Position numbers and translations under genes: made by a program. A stretch of DNA of 64,000 bases, from positions 11,098,001 through 11,162,000 of the forward strand of contig JBHGNT010000010.1 of NCBI GenBank assembly GCA_043228905.1, given 5' to 3'. Position 1 is the first letter of the stretch. The number at the start of each line of letters is the position of its first letter. The stretch is from Azolla caroliniana. Its lineage: Eukaryota > Plantae > Polypodiophyta. Positions 60,833-64,000 of this stretch are shown here, in pieces. The notes beneath the pieces were generated by a model. That model did no database searches, was not told the DNA's origin, and saw only the letters and a list, made by a program, of their open reading frames with translations.

Positions 60833-63800
60833 TGTTCAGAATCAAGCTCAACTTGGTCTAGTGTGTGAACTCACCTTGAGAGTGAATAGACACTCCAACG
60901 GTCAAGCGTCACCATTAAGTCACCACTTTGTATTCTAGCATTTACTATGAATCATAGAATCATATTCTATGACACATAACTTATGAGCTTTCACATTCCC
61001 CATGCTCCATGAGTCTTATAGTTAATGAAGAGAGAGGGTGACTATATAAAGCACCCTCCTCCCTCTTTGTAAAATGTTGACTCTTTCTCCTTTGTTAATA
61101 TACTTAACCTTGCGTATACTCTGTGTGTGTGTGTGTGTGTCTCTCTCTCTCTCTCTCTCTATCTCATACACACACACACACAATTCACACCTATTCCGCT
61201 ACACAAGGATCATACACGATTATTTACATGGTATTAGAGCGATTTGGTAGCTCGATCTAGCCCATTTGCCTCGTCGTGATCGTGTGTTGTGCTCTACGCC
61301 GACGACCAAGAACCGGCTCATCGCTATCGTAGCTTCGCTATATAGCTTGCATTCGAAGAGAGAAGAAGAAGAAGAAGAAGAATCGACATAATGAATACTC
61401 AAATGGGGAGCGCTCTCCCTACCGAGAAGTTGGATCAAAACAACTTCGCATCTTGGGAGTACAAGATGCACCAATACCTTGTCGGACAAGGCTATTGGAG
61501 CTACATCAAAGGAGAGCACGAAGACCGACCCGCCGAAGCGTCTCCTGGATACGTGACATGGGAGCAAGCCGCAAGCCGCGTGATGTATTGCTTGGCGACA
61601 TGTGTTCACGATCACATGCTCGACTACATTCGCGAAGCCAAGACGCCGAAGGAGGTATGGGAAAATCTACAAAAGATTTTCGCGGCGAACACAACCGCAA
61701 GAAGGCTTCAACTCCGCCAAGAGTTGAACAACATTCAACAAAGGTACATGTCCATCACGACATACACCTTGAAGATCAAGGAGCATGGTGCAAATATGCC
61801 TCGGCGGCCTCGCACCACGGTTCGGCGCGATGCGAACTGCCGTTCTAGCAAGGGAGAAATCTCCCTCCTTCTTCGAGCTCCAATCAATGCTATTGGTCGA
61901 AGAAAAGCACGTGTGTAGAAGGAGCAATGAGTCGGAAGGCCACATACTCTACACGCACTCGAACAGAGGAAGAGGACACGGACGAGCGAGAGGCCGATTT
62001 GGCCAAGGACAAGGCGGACGAGGTCCGACCTACGACAACGACTCCCAATTTCAGCCGCAAAACGGAAGCCAACGAGGAACCTTAGCAAGAAGGGGGAGCT
62101 TCCACTCCAGCTTGAGCCATCAAAACGCAACCGAATGCGGATATTGCGGAAAGCTCGGCCACAACGAAGAAGAGTGCCGAAGGAAGATGCGCGAATCGGC
62201 TTCCACAAGCCGACAACACACGAATTACGCGCACAACTCCGACTACGAAGATCGTGGCGGAATGTACAGGCACAACTCCGACTACGAAGATCGTGGCGGA
62301 ATGTATGCATGCAACTCCGACCGTGGCGGAATGTCATGATGAAATATAGAGCAAACTCTATGTCGGCCTCTACCTCAACTAGCGCCTCCGGTCCGGAAGA
62401 CGTATGGTTCGTCGATTCTAGTGCCTCGAACCATATGACATCACATCAAGAATGGTTCCGAGAACTTCGAGAGACGGACCGACCCGGCTATGTCGAAACC
62501 GGAGACGACACTACGCACCCGATTCAGGACATCGGTAATGTTCCGTTCGGAAAAGAAGGTAAGCAAAATTACATTAAAAATGTCTTGCATGTACCGACCA
62601 TTACGAAGAATTTGGTCTCCGTCGGCCAAATTGTAGAGCAAGGGATGCAAGTTCGATTTAATCAAGGCGGTTGCTTCATCGAAAAAGAGGGCCGACTCAT
62701 CGCACGCGGACGAAGAGAGGGCCGAATGTTCATTCTCGACTCACACGAGATGAAATCGTCCATGTTCGCAAAGGGCATGAATGCCGACTCCGACATAGAG
62801 TTGTGGCACAAGCGAATCGGCCACATCAATCTCAACAAACTCAAAGCAATGAAATCGAAAGGAGTCGTCATCGGACTTCCGACATTCAAAGAGAAGGAGA
62901 TTGAAGGTGTATGCGAAGCATGCCAATTCGGCAAGCAACACCGACACCCATTCCCAAAAGAGCGGAACGTGAGCAAAGGTCTACTCGACGTAGTCCATTC
63001 CGACGTATGGGGACCGGCGTAGACGGCTACATTCGGCGGATACCAATATTACGTACTCTTCATCGACGACTTCTCTAGGCACACTTGGATCTACCCGATG
63101 CAGCAAAAGAGTGAAGTGTTTGGGCACTTCCAAAAATTCAAGTATGAAGTCGAGAAAGCCACGAGCTGACATGTACGATGCCTTCGATCGGATAGCAGCA
63201 AGGAGTACTTCTCGGATGATTTCACGACATACCTCCGAAAGGAAGGAATTCGGTGAGAATTCACTTGCTGACACACTCCGCAACAAAACGGAGTAGCCGA
63301 GCACAAAAATCGGCACATCCTCGAAGTAGCGCGGGCCATGATGAACGAGAAGCATATGCCCAAGTCATATTGGGCTGAAGCTGCAAATACGGCCGTCTAC
63401 CTAATGAACCGATGCACAACATCTGGCGTGCACGAGGTCACTCCGCACGAAAAATACTTCGGAAAGAAGCTGGAGTTATCGCACACCCGAATATTTGGGG
63501 TGATAGCGTATGTGCACATCCCTGACGAGAAGCGTCAAAAGCTTGACCCGAAGTCGAAGAAATGTATCCTCGTAGGATACTCACTGGAGCAAAAGGGGTA
63601 CAAGTGCTACAACCCCTCAACTCGAAAATCTCGAGTAAGTCGAGACGTCGTTTTGGACGAGTCCGCATCCCGGTACGCACCAGAGACAACTCCGACTCTG
63701 ATTCCGCTCGGATCAGAATCCGCCGAACAAGAGATAGAGGATGAAGATCACCTTACACGCATGTTCGAAGAAAGTCCGATCACGACCCGTCTGAGCGGAC

Positions 63801-64000
63801 CACAAGAGCCTTTGAGCGATCAAAGCACATCACGGCCTAGCCTGAAGACGAACAAAGGCAAGGCAAAAATGTCGGAATACGAAGACGATCGCTTCGACGA
63901 CAATGAGTCGACTCACTCACTCGACAATGAGTTCGGCGGCTTCGATGTACCAATCGGAGCTATGAAAGCCCTCATCTCTGCTGGGACGAGACATGGGATC
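60833..64000 (+). mobile_element. Ty1/copia element C3, degenerate, runs off the right edge
   Basis: 5' LTR 60833-61228 (TG...CA, TATAAA ~61024) and PBS TGGTATTAGAGC 61229-61240. gag from 61391 (KLDQNNFASWE, CGYCGKLGHNEEEC), protease WFVDSSASNHM, LWHKRIGH..CEACQFGK, integrase VHSDVWGP onward with stops and frameshifts. Confidence 0.92.

Overview
Eukaryotic land-plant nuclear DNA. A non-seed plant such as a fern is inferred from the retrotransposon lineages and is not proven. Roughly 85% of the window is nested LTR retrotransposons. A small host gene island at ~22.5-28.5 kb holds a 5-exon CUE-domain gene and a convergent, intronless P-class PPR gene. Three related Ty3/gypsy elements (1-6615, 6616-12234 and an intact, very young copy at 39517-46638) share a tRNA-Trp primer site and a Gag+protease ORF1. 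The RT-RH-IN ORF lies in the -1 frame. At the ORF junction all three carry the same G_GAT_TTT_TAG slippery site, followed 6 nt later by a stem with compensatory base changes and a second loop-downstream pairing. This is a strong candidate for a programmed -1 ribosomal frameshift pseudoknot. The intact copy has a 4-bp rather than 5-bp target-site duplication and a D-H-G protease motif. A truncated Athila/Tat-like element carries a ~900-aa extra ORF downstream of integrase, with no envelope features. The rest consists of degenerate copia elements (including a tandem pair sharing one LTR), chromoviruses, LTR fragments and tandem duplications. All comparisons were done by eye; no database searches or folding runs were performed.
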